This document shows, in pieces, positions 1-9,869 of a stretch of 64,000 nucleotides of DNA; the first letter of the stretch is position 1, and each line of letters starts with the position of its first letter. The DNA lies in the NCBI GenBank assembly GCA_029856105.1, contig JAHQWH010000015.1, positions 96,001 through 160,000 on the forward strand, read 5' to 3'. This DNA is from Promethearchaeia archaeon (lineage in GTDB: Archaea; Asgardarchaeota; Lokiarchaeia; Sigyniarchaeales; SOKP01). Made by a program: the position numbers and the translations under genes. Below the pieces are notes generated by a model. That model was not told the origin of the DNA and made no database searches. It saw nothing but the letters and a program-made list of their open reading frames with translations.

Positions 1-630
1 ACCCTAAAGCTCGTGAATGTAGAGTTAAACCACAACGAACACGAAAAAGAAAAGATAAACAAAATTTTAAAAGAGGTTGGAAAAGAATTCAAGGGTTCAA
101 TTAACGTAAAGCATTTTGTAGAGGTCTTACACGATTACGGTCCCGAGAAAATAAAAGAATTTGTTACTCACGATTTTTCAGGGTTAAAAGTTGCGTGCCA
201 CACAGGGTGCCATTATAATAGGCCTTCTGAAATTGTTCAAACGGACGACCCAATGGAACCTGTAAAATTAAGGGAATTAGTAGCTGCAACAGGAGCAACA
301 CCAATAGATTACGCCGAAGAGATGCTTTGTTGTGGTTCTGGTGTTGGTAACGCTGAAGAAGCACCATCGATGCAAATGTTAGCAAATAAATTTTCTAGCG
401 CGGTAAAGGCTGGGGCGGATGTTTTTGTCGTTATTTGCCCCGCTTGTTTCCAACAAATGGATACCAACCAAAAGAAAGCAGGAACTCAATCTAATAACGA
501 ATTTAAGATACCAATCTTATATTTAACCGAATTATACGCTTTAGCTTTCGGAATGAACCCCGACGAACTTGGATTAAAGTTTCACCGTGCTAGACTAACG
601 GAATTTCTAGAAAAAAACGGGCTTAAATAA
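1..630 (+). CDS. hdrB: CoB-CoM heterodisulfide reductase subunit B-like CCG-domain protein (5' partial)
   Basis: Frame is open from base 1; motifs VACHTGCHYNRP, CCGSG, CPACFQQMD, IPILYLTELYALAFG. Confidence 0.85.
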   Translation, partial: TLKLVNVELNHNEHEKEKINKILKEVGKEFKGSINVKHFVEVLHDYGPEKIKEFVTHDFSGLKVACHTGCHYNRPSEIVQTDDPMEPVKLRELVAATGATPIDYAEEMLCCGSGVGNAEEAPSMQMLANKFSSAVKAGADVFVVICPACFQQMDTNQKKAGTQSNNEFKIPILYLTELYALAFGMNPDELGLKFHRARLTEFLEKNGLK

Positions 631-649
631 TTTATTTTAATAATATATT

Positions 650-1963
650 TTATTTTAAAAAGCCATATGAGTTGAACCCGTCTATTTCATAAATTTTAAT
701 TTTAACAAATTTCCCAAAATCTCCTGTATAATCCTCTACAAACACATTTTTATAAGCGATATTTCTACCAAAAGCTTGATTTGGTTTAAGTCCTTCATGC
801 AATACTAAAATTTCCCCTTCCCAATTTTGCCATTTTTCGTTTATTGTAATCAAGGATTCCCTGAAAATTTTTGATAGTCTAATTGAACGTTCCTTGATTA
901 CTCTGCTATTAACTTGTTCCATATCCTTTGCTTTTGTTCCTGGTCGTGGAGTAAATTTTGAAATGTTGAGAATTTCGGGTTTTAGCCATTTAATTAAATT
1001 TATAGTTTGATTAAAATCTTCTTCGGACTCTCCCGGGAAACCACATATTATATCCGTCGAGATGGTCATGTAAGAAAATTCTTTCCTCAAAATTTTTAGC
1101 TTTTCTGCTATATCTGAAATTAGGTAAGGACGGTTCATTTTTTTGAGAACAGCATCGCTTCCAGATTGAATGGGGATATGTAAAAATTGGTACACTTTAT
1201 CAAGTTTGAAAATAGAAATTAATTGATCAAAATTATCAACAATAAACTTTGGATTTAGCATTCCAATTCTTAAGAAGAACTTGTAATCCAAATACACAAT
1301 GTCTCGAACTAAATCGACTAATCTCGTGTTATTATATATATAAGTACTACAATCCTGAGATGTTAAGTATATTTGCTTAATTCCTTGTTTTAACTGATGT
1401 TTTACATTCTCTACAATATTTATCGGATCATAACAGTTTAATCGACCCCTAGCGTTTTTAACGCAGCAATAAGTACAAGAACCTAAACATCCCTCCGAAA
1501 TTGGCACAATTCCAGTAATTTTTTCTTTAGGGTGTTCGATTAAAAATGTTGATTTGTCAATCGAACTTTTGGACTTAAAAACGAGATTATTTTTTCCAGA
1601 TTTGATATCTTGAAAAATTAAAGGAAGGTCGTTTAAATTATCTAAACCAATAATAGCAGAAAAGTTTGGGATTATTTTTTTGACCACATCAATATAATTG
1701 GGTTCTATATGTGGTAAACAACCCGCGATGATGAAATATTTATTTGATTCTTTTTTGTAAGTGTTATACAATTCTTTCAGACGAGATTTTATTTTATTTT
1801 CGGTTTGTTGCTTTACGGCACATGTATTAATTATTACGAATTCAGCGCCTTCAAGCGTTGTTTCAGTGTATCCCGATTTAAATAAAAGGTTAGAAATAAT
1901 GTTGGAATCCGCCTTATTTGACGTACATCCGTAAGTTTCTATGTAAAATAAATTCTTTTCCAT
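650..1963 (-). CDS. tRNA methylthiotransferase, radical SAM (MtaB/CDKAL1/MiaB-like)
   Basis: N-terminal UPF0004 domain (TYGCTSN, INTCAVK, AGCL), CxxxCxxC (CLGSCTYC), HIPIQSGSD, DIICGFPGE, C-terminal TRAM-like domain. Confidence 0.92.
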   Translation of the reverse strand: MEKNLFYIETYGCTSNKADSNIISNLLFKSGYTETTLEGAEFVIINTCAVKQQTENKIKSRLKELYNTYKKESNKYFIIAGCLPHIEPNYIDVVKKIIPNFSAIIGLDNLNDLPLIFQDIKSGKNNLVFKSKSSIDKSTFLIEHPKEKITGIVPISEGCLGSCTYCCVKNARGRLNCYDPINIVENVKHQLKQGIKQIYLTSQDCSTYIYNNTRLVDLVRDIVYLDYKFFLRIGMLNPKFIVDNFDQLISIFKLDKVYQFLHIPIQSGSDAVLKKMNRPYLISDIAEKLKILRKEFSYMTISTDIICGFPGESEEDFNQTINLIKWLKPEILNISKFTPRPGTKAKDMEQVNSRVIKERSIRLSKIFRESLITINEKWQNWEGEILVLHEGLKPNQAFGRNIAYKNVFVEDYTGDFGKFVKIKIYEIDGFNSYGFLK

Positions 1964-2154
1964 ATTTTTTAAAATCTGTACGAGTATATAACTATTAAAA
2001 TGATATATGCGTAAAAAGTTTTTATTAAGGAGTAAAGTAATAATTTTTCAAATCAAGAAATAACGATCTTCTTTAAATAAAGGAAATTTTTTTAATTAAA
2101 CTAATCTATTATTAGAATTAGAATTAATATATTTTAATTAATCAGTGGAAAATT

Positions 2155-2601
2155 ATGACAAAGTACATTTACTGTAAAGTTTGCGATAAAGAAATCGATC
2201 ACGCCGTAAAAAAGCCAATGGAAACTTTTCAGAAAATAATATGGGTGATGTTAACGATTGCAACAGTAGGAATCGCGGGTATCGTTTTTGCTTTTTATTA
2301 CATGAATAAGAAGAAGGTTTATTGTCCTACCTGTCGAGCTAAAGTAGATTTTTCAAAAAAACCACATAAAAAACCTGAGGAAGAAACGGAGCCGCTCACC
2401 ACAAAAGAAAAAATTCTCAAAAAAGCTGGAGAAAAAATAGAAGCTAAGAAGAGAGCAGAAAAGGAGGAAGAAGAAGCGCCATCGGAAATAACCGATGAGA
2501 AAAAAGAAGATCAAACATTTTGTCCCTACTGCGGAGAAGATATAAAACCCGACGCTGTGAAATGTCCATATTGCCATTCTTCACTAAAAACACCTTATTA
2601 A
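2155..2601 (+). CDS. Membrane-associated zinc-ribbon protein (LITAF-like N-terminus, C-terminal double CxxC ribbon)
   Basis: CKVC - hydrophobic stretch - YCPTC, charged linker, then CPYC...CPYC. Confidence 0.7.
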   Translation: MTKYIYCKVCDKEIDHAVKKPMETFQKIIWVMLTIATVGIAGIVFAFYYMNKKKVYCPTCRAKVDFSKKPHKKPEEETEPLTTKEKILKKAGEKIEAKKRAEKEEEEAPSEITDEKKEDQTFCPYCGEDIKPDAVKCPYCHSSLKTPY

Positions 2602-2735
2602 TTTTAATTTTTAGAATCTTATCAATTAAGTATTATTTAATAATTAAATAGTAAAAATTCAAATAAACTAAAAGACATATAATATAATAAAAATTTGAAA
2701 ATCTAATTAAAAATATTTGATAGAGTGAAAAAATT

Positions 2736-3506
2736 ATGCCAAGAAAACCAAGAAAAGAACCAACGAGAGCAGCTAATCCCTTAGACGAGTATTCAACTTG
2801 GGATTTACGCATTGCTAAAACGATTTACTACTCAATTATAGTTTCTTCAGCAACCACGATTTTAGGTATTTGGCTAACGATTATTGGATGGTTAATAGAA
2901 TCGGGTAGATGGGATAAGATAGCAGATTTGGGTGCAGGTGTCGTCGCTTTAATTATCGTTGGGATAATCGTGTTACATATGTTTTTACTCGTCCTATTTT
3001 ATATTTTATTTCGAGGAGGTATACTTAGATTATGCCAGAGACTCTTCAAGGATAGAGTATTAGCCAAGAAGTACGAAGACTACACAACGCTAAGACTTTT
3101 AATAGCAGTAACACTAATTAGTGTTTATTTATTTCTCATAACATTATTTGTCGTAATAGTTCCTTCATTTTTCTTAGAAATCGTTAGTGCCTTTTGGTAT
3201 TACATTATAACGCATTTCAACCCTGGAGAGTGGGTTTTGTTTGTCGGTTTAATGCTATTTATTATTGTGATGCTTGTGTATGTGGGTTTTGCTATTTGGA
3301 ACCATGGAGTCTTTATCGTGCTCAAACGCGTTAAAAGAATAGAAGAAGAAGAAGAAATCGAAGAAGAGATTAAAAGGGAAGAGTTAAAAGGGGAAGACGA
3401 CGAAAGTCTTCAAAAAGTCTACGAGAAACAAACTGGAAAAAAAGCGATGTATCGAGGAAAAGAAACTAAAGCGTACAAGTCTTGGAAACGCAAAATGTTG
3501 AGCTAA
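2736..3506 (+). CDS. Hypothetical multi-pass membrane protein
   Basis: About 4 hydrophobic helices, acidic coiled linker, basic C-terminal motif. Confidence 0.7.
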   Translation: MPRKPRKEPTRAANPLDEYSTWDLRIAKTIYYSIIVSSATTILGIWLTIIGWLIESGRWDKIADLGAGVVALIIVGIIVLHMFLLVLFYILFRGGILRLCQRLFKDRVLAKKYEDYTTLRLLIAVTLISVYLFLITLFVVIVPSFFLEIVSAFWYYIITHFNPGEWVLFVGLMLFIIVMLVYVGFAIWNHGVFIVLKRVKRIEEEEEIEEEIKREELKGEDDESLQKVYEKQTGKKAMYRGKETKAYKSWKRKMLS

Positions 3507-3658
3507 ACTCAAAAAATAAAAAAGATTCTTTCTTATTTTTTTTCTTAATTTTTTATTAATTTTTAAATAAGTATTAAATTGTTTATCTGCTTGTAAAAGT
3601 CTTTTTAAAAAAATTAGAAAAAATAAAAAAGTTTATTATAGTTTGTTAAAAGTAAAAT

Positions 3659-4570
3659 TTACCTTCTCATCATTCTGGGGTTGCGGAAAAGGTCAAGCTC
3701 AGTTTTAGGTATCTTGTAATCCGTAGTACCTGTTGATTTCATCTTTTTATACAATCTTTTAATTATTTTTTTAGCCTCGTCCATAAAGTTACAAGCCAAG
3801 CCAAAAAGTATCATGTAGCGCATAAAAGTTTTGTCTTTTGCGTAATCTTCGTCGAAGATTTCAATAACATATTCTTTTTGTATAGGATGCCCATCTACTC
3901 TCGCAATTACTTTCTTTCCGATTAAAAATTTATAGTTCCTCCCGGGACCGATAACTCCTTTTGCCAAAACCATTTGTAGCTTATCGCCTTTTTCTTCGGG
4001 AAGGAGGGGGAACGTCCAACGTGAACCCCAGAATCTCCATCCTCTTACGAATCGAATTAAACTTTTTACTCCTGGGACTTGTGCGTAAAAAACCGGTCCG
4101 GGGTGTTTAATTTCAAAACTCTGAATGAGAGAATGAGCTATGCTTAACTCTATTCCCCCTTTAAAATTACCACCTTTAGCCGTTGATTCCATGGTCTCTT
4201 CCATAATCGTAAAATAGCGGCATATGAGTCTTTTCTCCTCTAACGGGTTCTCTTCCCATTGCTCCTTATTAAAAGCAATGATATTTTTCTTTTGGCCGTC
4301 TATTTCAATTACGCCTTCGATATCGAAGTTTTTAGAGAACCAACGTGTTTTTGCGGTGTATTTGAGCTGTTGATGTATGCCCAATTCCTCGTCGTGCAAA
4401 CGAGTTCTCCAAAAATTGACTTTTATCTTTTTATAAACAGTTTTTCCTCGGGGTTTTTGAACTTCCTCACCTTTTTTTGGTGCTGGTGCTTTTTTTTTTT
4501 TAGTAGGAACAGCCCTTGCCTTCGCTCTTGCCTTTCTCGTTTTATTATCTTCTTCAGGATCATTTTCCAT
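3659..4570 (-). CDS. Hypothetical protein, possible LURP-one/Tubby-C/scramblase-like barrel
   Basis: Lys-rich disordered N-terminus; C-terminal pattern NYKFLIGKKVIARVDG...YVIEIFD...MILFGLA. Confidence 0.5.
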   Translation of the reverse strand: MENDPEEDNKTRKARAKARAVPTKKKKAPAPKKGEEVQKPRGKTVYKKIKVNFWRTRLHDEELGIHQQLKYTAKTRWFSKNFDIEGVIEIDGQKKNIIAFNKEQWEENPLEEKRLICRYFTIMEETMESTAKGGNFKGGIELSIAHSLIQSFEIKHPGPVFYAQVPGVKSLIRFVRGWRFWGSRWTFPLLPEEKGDKLQMVLAKGVIGPGRNYKFLIGKKVIARVDGHPIQKEYVIEIFDEDYAKDKTFMRYMILFGLACNFMDEAKKIIKRLYKKMKSTGTTDYKIPKTELDLFRNPRMMRR

Positions 4571-4786
4571 ACTTATTCACTCTTCCATTATTTTATTCTT
4601 GTATTAAAATTAAATTTTTTAGATAGCTTTTAATTTTTTCTTAATAAGACTTTTTTTTCTTAAGAATTTTATTAGTTATACAAATATTGTTTGAAGTTAA
4701 TAATTTTATCGTTTTAAGTTAACAATTTTTAAGCAAGATATCCGTTAAGAAAAGAGAAAAGATATTACAATTAACTAAATACTAAA

Positions 4787-7555
4787 TTAAAGTTGAATTT
4801 CACAAGACTCCGAATCACAGAACTTACTTCCTATTGCTCTGTCTTTTGTTTTATCCAAATCTAAAGGTTTAAGTTTTGAAATCATTTCCTCGAATTTTTC
4901 TTTTGTGATTTCTTCGTAAGGAGCTTGTTTATAGCCGTGTTCTTTAATCGGTAGAAAACTTACGCTTTTTAGCTTATCCTCAAAACACTCCAACACGTGT
5001 TTAATCTGATTTGCCTCGTCTTGTTTAAAAGTAATCGTTATTGACACTTGGTTGTCGGACCAATATTTTTGATAGTCTGCGGCATTTTCCGCTTGTTCCC
5101 ATATAGAAACATCGTCCTTGGAACGTTCGAATAATTGTTCGTGGACAGGGAATTCGACTACTATAGTATTAGGAGAATAAGAATCTTCCTCTATGTAATA
5201 ACCCGCATTTTTAATGGGTTCTATCAAATCAGAATTAGTTGAAATGCGAATTCTTCTAATATAGTATTCTGAATGAGGATAATGAATTCCTGGAGGTACT
5301 CCCGGAAGTAAGCTAACGGTTCCGCTCGGTTTAACCGTTGTGATTTTTATCGATTTTGGGATACACAACCAATCGGAATAATCCTCGTCCAATTCCCGTA
5401 TATATTTATAGCCTTTATCACACCAGTCTAACATAGTCCTTCTCCCATGTTTCACAAAAGCTTCAATTATTCCCGTTTGTGAAATTCCCATTCGCCTATT
5501 CTTAAGCATAACTGCGTTAGTTTCTTGCCAATGCGTATTTACGAGCGTTACAGATTTGGCGTACAAATAAGCGGACTTTAGAGTGTCTTGATACTCTTTG
5601 TATGATTCATGCCTTGAAGGGAAGGTCTCCACAAGGCAGCAAAGCTCGAATGACTCCAACGTCTGTTCTCCGCAATTCGCTGTAAAAATCATTTCTAATT
5701 TTGGTCTATTTGTTTTAGTTTTCTTCTCATTTAATACGATTCCATAATTATGGTAGTCGTCTACAGTACCATTATAAACAACATCATATCCTAATCGTTT
5801 AACTGAGGCTATTTTATGATTATAAATTAAGCCATTTTCAATTAGCAATTCAGCTATTTTTTTAGCATATTGCTTATTCTGTGTTATTTTTTTAGAGCTT
5901 ATTTTAGGGATTCCAGAAATCATAAGACTATCTCCAATTCTTAAATCTCGCGCTTCAACTTGTAACATATCCCTTAGAAAAAATTTATGATTTCCTGTGC
6001 ATTTTATTGTGCTATCATCATCTAATTTTACTTCATATATTTTCTCATTATAGCCTGTAATTCTTGGATTTCTCATCATTCTTATTGCTGTTAATCCTTT
6101 ATCATCTTTACAGTACACAGGAACATCGTTTCCTTCTTCTGCCAATAATTTTATTGCTACAGCATTCCTACCATCAGCGACAGCAATCAATGTATTACCT
6201 GTAATGCAAGGGTTTACGCCAGCAGCTTTCTTATCTTTATGATCTGGCGGGTTTCCCATTCGAGAATATGCTTTTGCGTTTTCTACCCAAAGAATTCCAG
6301 GTTCTCCATTCACAGCAATCTGATCTGCTATGAAAGAATAGTCTAATCCTTTTACTGCGAATATGCTGTTATTGCTTGCCCATCTATGCGAATATAGTTT
6401 TTCTTTGTCTTGTTTGCACTTAATGAACTCTAAATCGGTGGCTTCCCCTAAGGCTATCTCAGCGCTGCGCCTAACATTGCCTGCGACGACGCATTTTCCA
6501 ATGAGATTCATAATATCCAAAATATCAAGTGATCTTATTGGTTGACCAATTCGAGCTTCTAAGATTTTTTGAATATTCATCAACATATCCTTTAAAGGGT
6601 CTGGACCGCTGGCAATTCCTCCAAAGCCTCTAATTGGCTGACCTGCAGACCTGATTAAGCTAAAATCAAACTTTGGAATTCGCTTACCTAAAAGATACGC
6701 TTCTATAACAAGTTTAAGTGCTTCCACCCAACCTTCTCTGCTATCGGGTATTTGAAAAGTAAAATGATCTTCTATAGGTTTTTTAATTGTAATTTTACCC
6801 GCTCCTTTCGTATCAAAACCGACCCCCACACCTAACATTAGCGCATCCATCACGAATTGAAACGCTTTCGAGTATTTTAAGTTAATATCGTCGGTAGAGG
6901 CAAAACCACAGTTATTGAGCGACATAGAACCGTGCCGCGCGATAAATTCGGTCCCCATCATCCATAATCCTCGACCAGGTGGCAGAAATTTAAAATTCCA
7001 GATTTTATCGTACATTATTTGAGCAGATTTCTGAGCTTTAGCATCGGTCCAAGGTAAACTTAACTTAATACAGTGCTCCTTTTGGATTGAATAACAACCT
7101 TCGACAACTCTTCTGATCGTTTCCCAGAACTCTTCTTTTCTGTTCTCTCCTTCTACAACTCTTGCGTAGGTTCTTTTGTACGTAATATACCCTAAAGGCC
7201 CCCAATCAGGTTGTTTCCCTATAAATTTAGCAAGAAAATTGTCGTCTAATGTGAAAGATATATTTTCCAAATTAATAGCTCGCGCGAACAGATTTCGATA
7301 TTTATTTAAACCTCGTTGGGTTAGCTCGACACACACTAATTCTCTAATGTAATTAGTAGTGATCTCGTCAACTCCTAAACCAATAATTATTCGAATAACA
7401 TCTTCCGTAACTTTTTCCGCAATGTTTATATCAAGACCAGTTTCTTTGTTTAATACTTTTGCTATGTTAGAAACTTCGAATTTTTTCTTTTCGCCTTTCG
7501 AGTTTATTACATATTTTGGATACAAATCTACTAATGAAAACGAATTATCAGTCAT
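4787..7555 (-). CDS. nrdJ: Class II (adenosylcobalamin) ribonucleotide reductase, monomeric RTPR type, with N-terminal ATP cone and intein
   Basis: YKRTYAR, PPGRGLW, LNNC, VVAGNVRRSAE, NP/CGEQ split by an intein, TVKPSGTVS, QAPYE, C-terminal CDSESC. Confidence 0.95.
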   Translation of the reverse strand: MTDNSFSLVDLYPKYVINSKGEKKKFEVSNIAKVLNKETGLDINIAEKVTEDVIRIIIGLGVDEITTNYIRELVCVELTQRGLNKYRNLFARAINLENISFTLDDNFLAKFIGKQPDWGPLGYITYKRTYARVVEGENRKEEFWETIRRVVEGCYSIQKEHCIKLSLPWTDAKAQKSAQIMYDKIWNFKFLPPGRGLWMMGTEFIARHGSMSLNNCGFASTDDINLKYSKAFQFVMDALMLGVGVGFDTKGAGKITIKKPIEDHFTFQIPDSREGWVEALKLVIEAYLLGKRIPKFDFSLIRSAGQPIRGFGGIASGPDPLKDMLMNIQKILEARIGQPIRSLDILDIMNLIGKCVVAGNVRRSAEIALGEATDLEFIKCKQDKEKLYSHRWASNNSIFAVKGLDYSFIADQIAVNGEPGILWVENAKAYSRMGNPPDHKDKKAAGVNPCITGNTLIAVADGRNAVAIKLLAEEGNDVPVYCKDDKGLTAIRMMRNPRITGYNEKIYEVKLDDDSTIKCTGNHKFFLRDMLQVEARDLRIGDSLMISGIPKISSKKITQNKQYAKKIAELLIENGLIYNHKIASVKRLGYDVVYNGTVDDYHNYGIVLNEKKTKTNRPKLEMIFTANCGEQTLESFELCCLVETFPSRHESYKEYQDTLKSAYLYAKSVTLVNTHWQETNAVMLKNRRMGISQTGIIEAFVKHGRRTMLDWCDKGYKYIRELDEDYSDWLCIPKSIKITTVKPSGTVSLLPGVPPGIHYPHSEYYIRRIRISTNSDLIEPIKNAGYYIEEDSYSPNTIVVEFPVHEQLFERSKDDVSIWEQAENAADYQKYWSDNQVSITITFKQDEANQIKHVLECFEDKLKSVSFLPIKEHGYKQAPYEEITKEKFEEMISKLKPLDLDKTKDRAIGSKFCDSESCEIQL
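5675..6208 (-). mobile_element. Mini-intein (178 aa, no homing endonuclease) in nrdJ
   Basis: In-frame insert between GVNP and CGEQ; starts CITGNT, block B CTGNH, block F VYNGTVDDYHNY, ends FTAN|C. Confidence 0.92.
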
Positions 7556-8002
7556 TATTTTACTCCTTAATTGCGATAATGGTTAATACATTAATTTTAT
7601 CGGCGTTATACAAAATATCTAAATTTTGAGTGCCTTAACCTAATTTTTAATTTAAGTTATAATATAATATAAAATTATTGATTCAATCTTATTAAGCGAT
7701 TGATGAATCTGTTAAAATCTTGCGTATTTCATATAATTTTACATCTACTATTCAATTACCCAATTAGTTTAAATTTTTAACGATTAATCTATATTACATC
7801 TCCTATGGTTTTCTAATCTATTTACGTCGGTTTTTTTAACATATAGAAACCATCATTAACAATATGTTTTTATTGATTAGCACATTTAAAAAAAAATTGA
7901 AATTGATTACAATATTATTAATATTAATAATTTTAAATTCGATTTAGAAAGTGCAAATACTAAAAATAATTGATTTTAACGATAATATTGGTGTAGTAAA
8001 AA

Positions 8003-8956
8003 TTGTTAGACGAAATTGAACCGCCTGATATGAATGACTCTGATGGTGAAGTTGCTAAAGAAAAAATAAAACTCCAATTCCATTGGTATTTGAGTATATT
8101 TTTTGTTATATACTATTGTTCATATGTAATACCGGGAATTGTCTTTATGATGTATGTGATATTAGTTTTTATCCCTCTCTTTTTAAGGGTAGATAACTTG
8201 TTTGTTGTCTTTACGAACCTTGATTCTTTAATAGCTTTTTTAGCCTTACCGTTAGTTCTTATTGTGAGTTATTTAATCCACTTATTTTTAATAGGTTTGA
8301 TCTCGCGAATTTTCTGGAGATACACTGAAAAAATCTCACCAAGTAAAGACGGCGTCATTCCAAGAAACATCCCTTCTAAAACGGCTAATTTATACCATAT
8401 AAGATCCTTTATGATTAAATACGGAAAGAATGCTTTCATGAAAGGGATATTCCCGTGGCTTTCCAATTGGTTCTTCAACTTCGTAGGAACAAGCGTGATT
8501 GCAAAGGGCTCTACACTCGAGGAATCAGTAGTTACGGATAGAAACGTAAATGTCGGAAAAAACTGCTATATTGGAGTTAATTCGGCGCTCTCTAGCCATT
8601 TTGTCGAGGGAATCTTCGGAAATATAGTGTATTTCGAAATAAAGCTAGGAGAAAACGTTACTTTAGGAGGTTTTAATAACATTGCGCCAGGATGCGAGCT
8701 AAGAGATAATTCGTATTTATTGCCAATGGCAGCAGCAACTAAGCACAATTTACTGAAAGGAGATAACTACTACTTTGGTATGCCTTTACGCAGGATATTC
8801 AGGAAGAAAGTTATGAATTACTTAAAGATTAGCGAAGATAATTTAATTCAAGCTGAAGAATTAAGAGTTAAGCAGGAAAACGCAAAGTTAGAAAGGATAC
8901 AAAAAGAAGTAGAAAAAAATGAAAAAAAAAAAGTAAAAAATGAAGGCGTGAGATAA
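8003..8956 (+). CDS. Membrane-anchored hexapeptide-repeat (LbH) acyltransferase-like protein, subunit type A1
   Basis: Two TM helices, then LbH turns (VNVGKNCYIG, IKLGENVTLG), SSHFVEG, YFGMP. Confidence 0.8.
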   Translation: MLDEIEPPDMNDSDGEVAKEKIKLQFHWYLSIFFVIYYCSYVIPGIVFMMYVILVFIPLFLRVDNLFVVFTNLDSLIAFLALPLVLIVSYLIHLFLIGLISRIFWRYTEKISPSKDGVIPRNIPSKTANLYHIRSFMIKYGKNAFMKGIFPWLSNWFFNFVGTSVIAKGSTLEESVVTDRNVNVGKNCYIGVNSALSSHFVEGIFGNIVYFEIKLGENVTLGGFNNIAPGCELRDNSYLLPMAAATKHNLLKGDNYYFGMPLRRIFRKKVMNYLKISEDNLIQAEELRVKQENAKLERIQKEVEKNEKKKVKNEGVR

Positions 8957-8957
8957 A

Positions 8958-9869
8958 ATGAATGAAGATATAGAAAATGAGAATAAAAGCTCTGAAAACA
9001 TAGATGATGACTCTGACTTTAACATTGATTTTACTACGAGTTCTGCTATTAACAGAGTTAGTCTTAAGTTTTTAATAGTATATATACCAATCTTTTGGTT
9101 TTCAGGTATTATTGTAGCAACTTTTTGGTACGGCTACACTGTGGGTACAGAACCATGGATTATTAAATTGTTATTTTTACCCATTTTATTGTTAGCATTT
9201 ATGTTTCTTTTCATTATTAGTTGCTTCTTTTTTAGTAAGCTTCTGTTAATTTTAATAAATTTAATACACCTTCCCAAAGAAGGAATTTTCCGAACTGAGA
9301 AGGGCGACACGGATTTTGAATTTTGGAGATTAAGAAACGAAATAAAAAAAATTGTTTTGTGGTTGATAAGAAACTGGCCTCTACCTTGGATAGACGTATT
9401 AGCTTTTCGCTGGTTTGGGGTAAATATGGATTTTTCGAGCCACTTGAACGATGCGTGGTGCGACGCTGAATTTATTAAGTTTGGAAACAACGTAACAATC
9501 GGCCAAGGGGCCGTTTTAATGAGCTCAATGGTTGTAGGTAATTATCTAATCATTAAAAGAATAACATTCGAAGATTTCTCCCTTGTTGGAGGACAAAGCA
9601 CGATTGCTCCTGGAACTCACTTTGGAAAAGACACTGTTTTAGGTGCGGTATCAGTTACCACTCTTAATCAAAAATTAGAAGACGGGTGGATATATTCAGG
9701 TATTCCTGCTAGGAAATTAAAGCCTAATCAATACGCTGAAATGAGAAGAGATATTATACAAAAAGTAGATGTTGACGAAGAAGAAAAAACTGAAGTAGAG
9801 CACGAAGTTAATATTGACGAAGATAAAAAACATTTAATTAAAGGAAACAAGGAGGGCGTTAAAAAGTGA
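8958..9869 (+). CDS. Membrane-anchored LbH protein, subunit type B1
   Basis: Two TM helices, IKFGNNVTIGQGAVL, YSGIPA; 1-nt gap to upstream gene. Confidence 0.8.
   Translation: MNEDIENENKSSENIDDDSDFNIDFTTSSAINRVSLKFLIVYIPIFWFSGIIVATFWYGYTVGTEPWIIKLLFLPILLLAFMFLFIISCFFFSKLLLILINLIHLPKEGIFRTEKGDTDFEFWRLRNEIKKIVLWLIRNWPLPWIDVLAFRWFGVNMDFSSHLNDAWCDAEFIKFGNNVTIGQGAVLMSSMVVGNYLIIKRITFEDFSLVGGQSTIAPGTHFGKDTVLGAVSVTTLNQKLEDGWIYSGIPARKLKPNQYAEMRRDIIQKVDVDEEEKTEVEHEVNIDEDKKHLIKGNKEGVKK

Noticed and set aside
4490-4501. T12 run (also A10 at 13011-13020) as phase-variation tracts
   Set aside because: They encode poly-Lys in an AT-rich genome and the frames are intact
7556-8002. Cobalamin riboswitch or NrdR boxes upstream of nrdJ
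   Set aside because: Very AT-rich; no B12-box or NrdR consensus visible
8922-8960. A11 run near the end of A1 as a frameshift site that could fuse A1 to B1, mimicking A2B2
   Set aside because: The B1 frame has stops at 8934 (TAA) and 8949 (TGA) before the B1 start, so slippage cannot give a fusion
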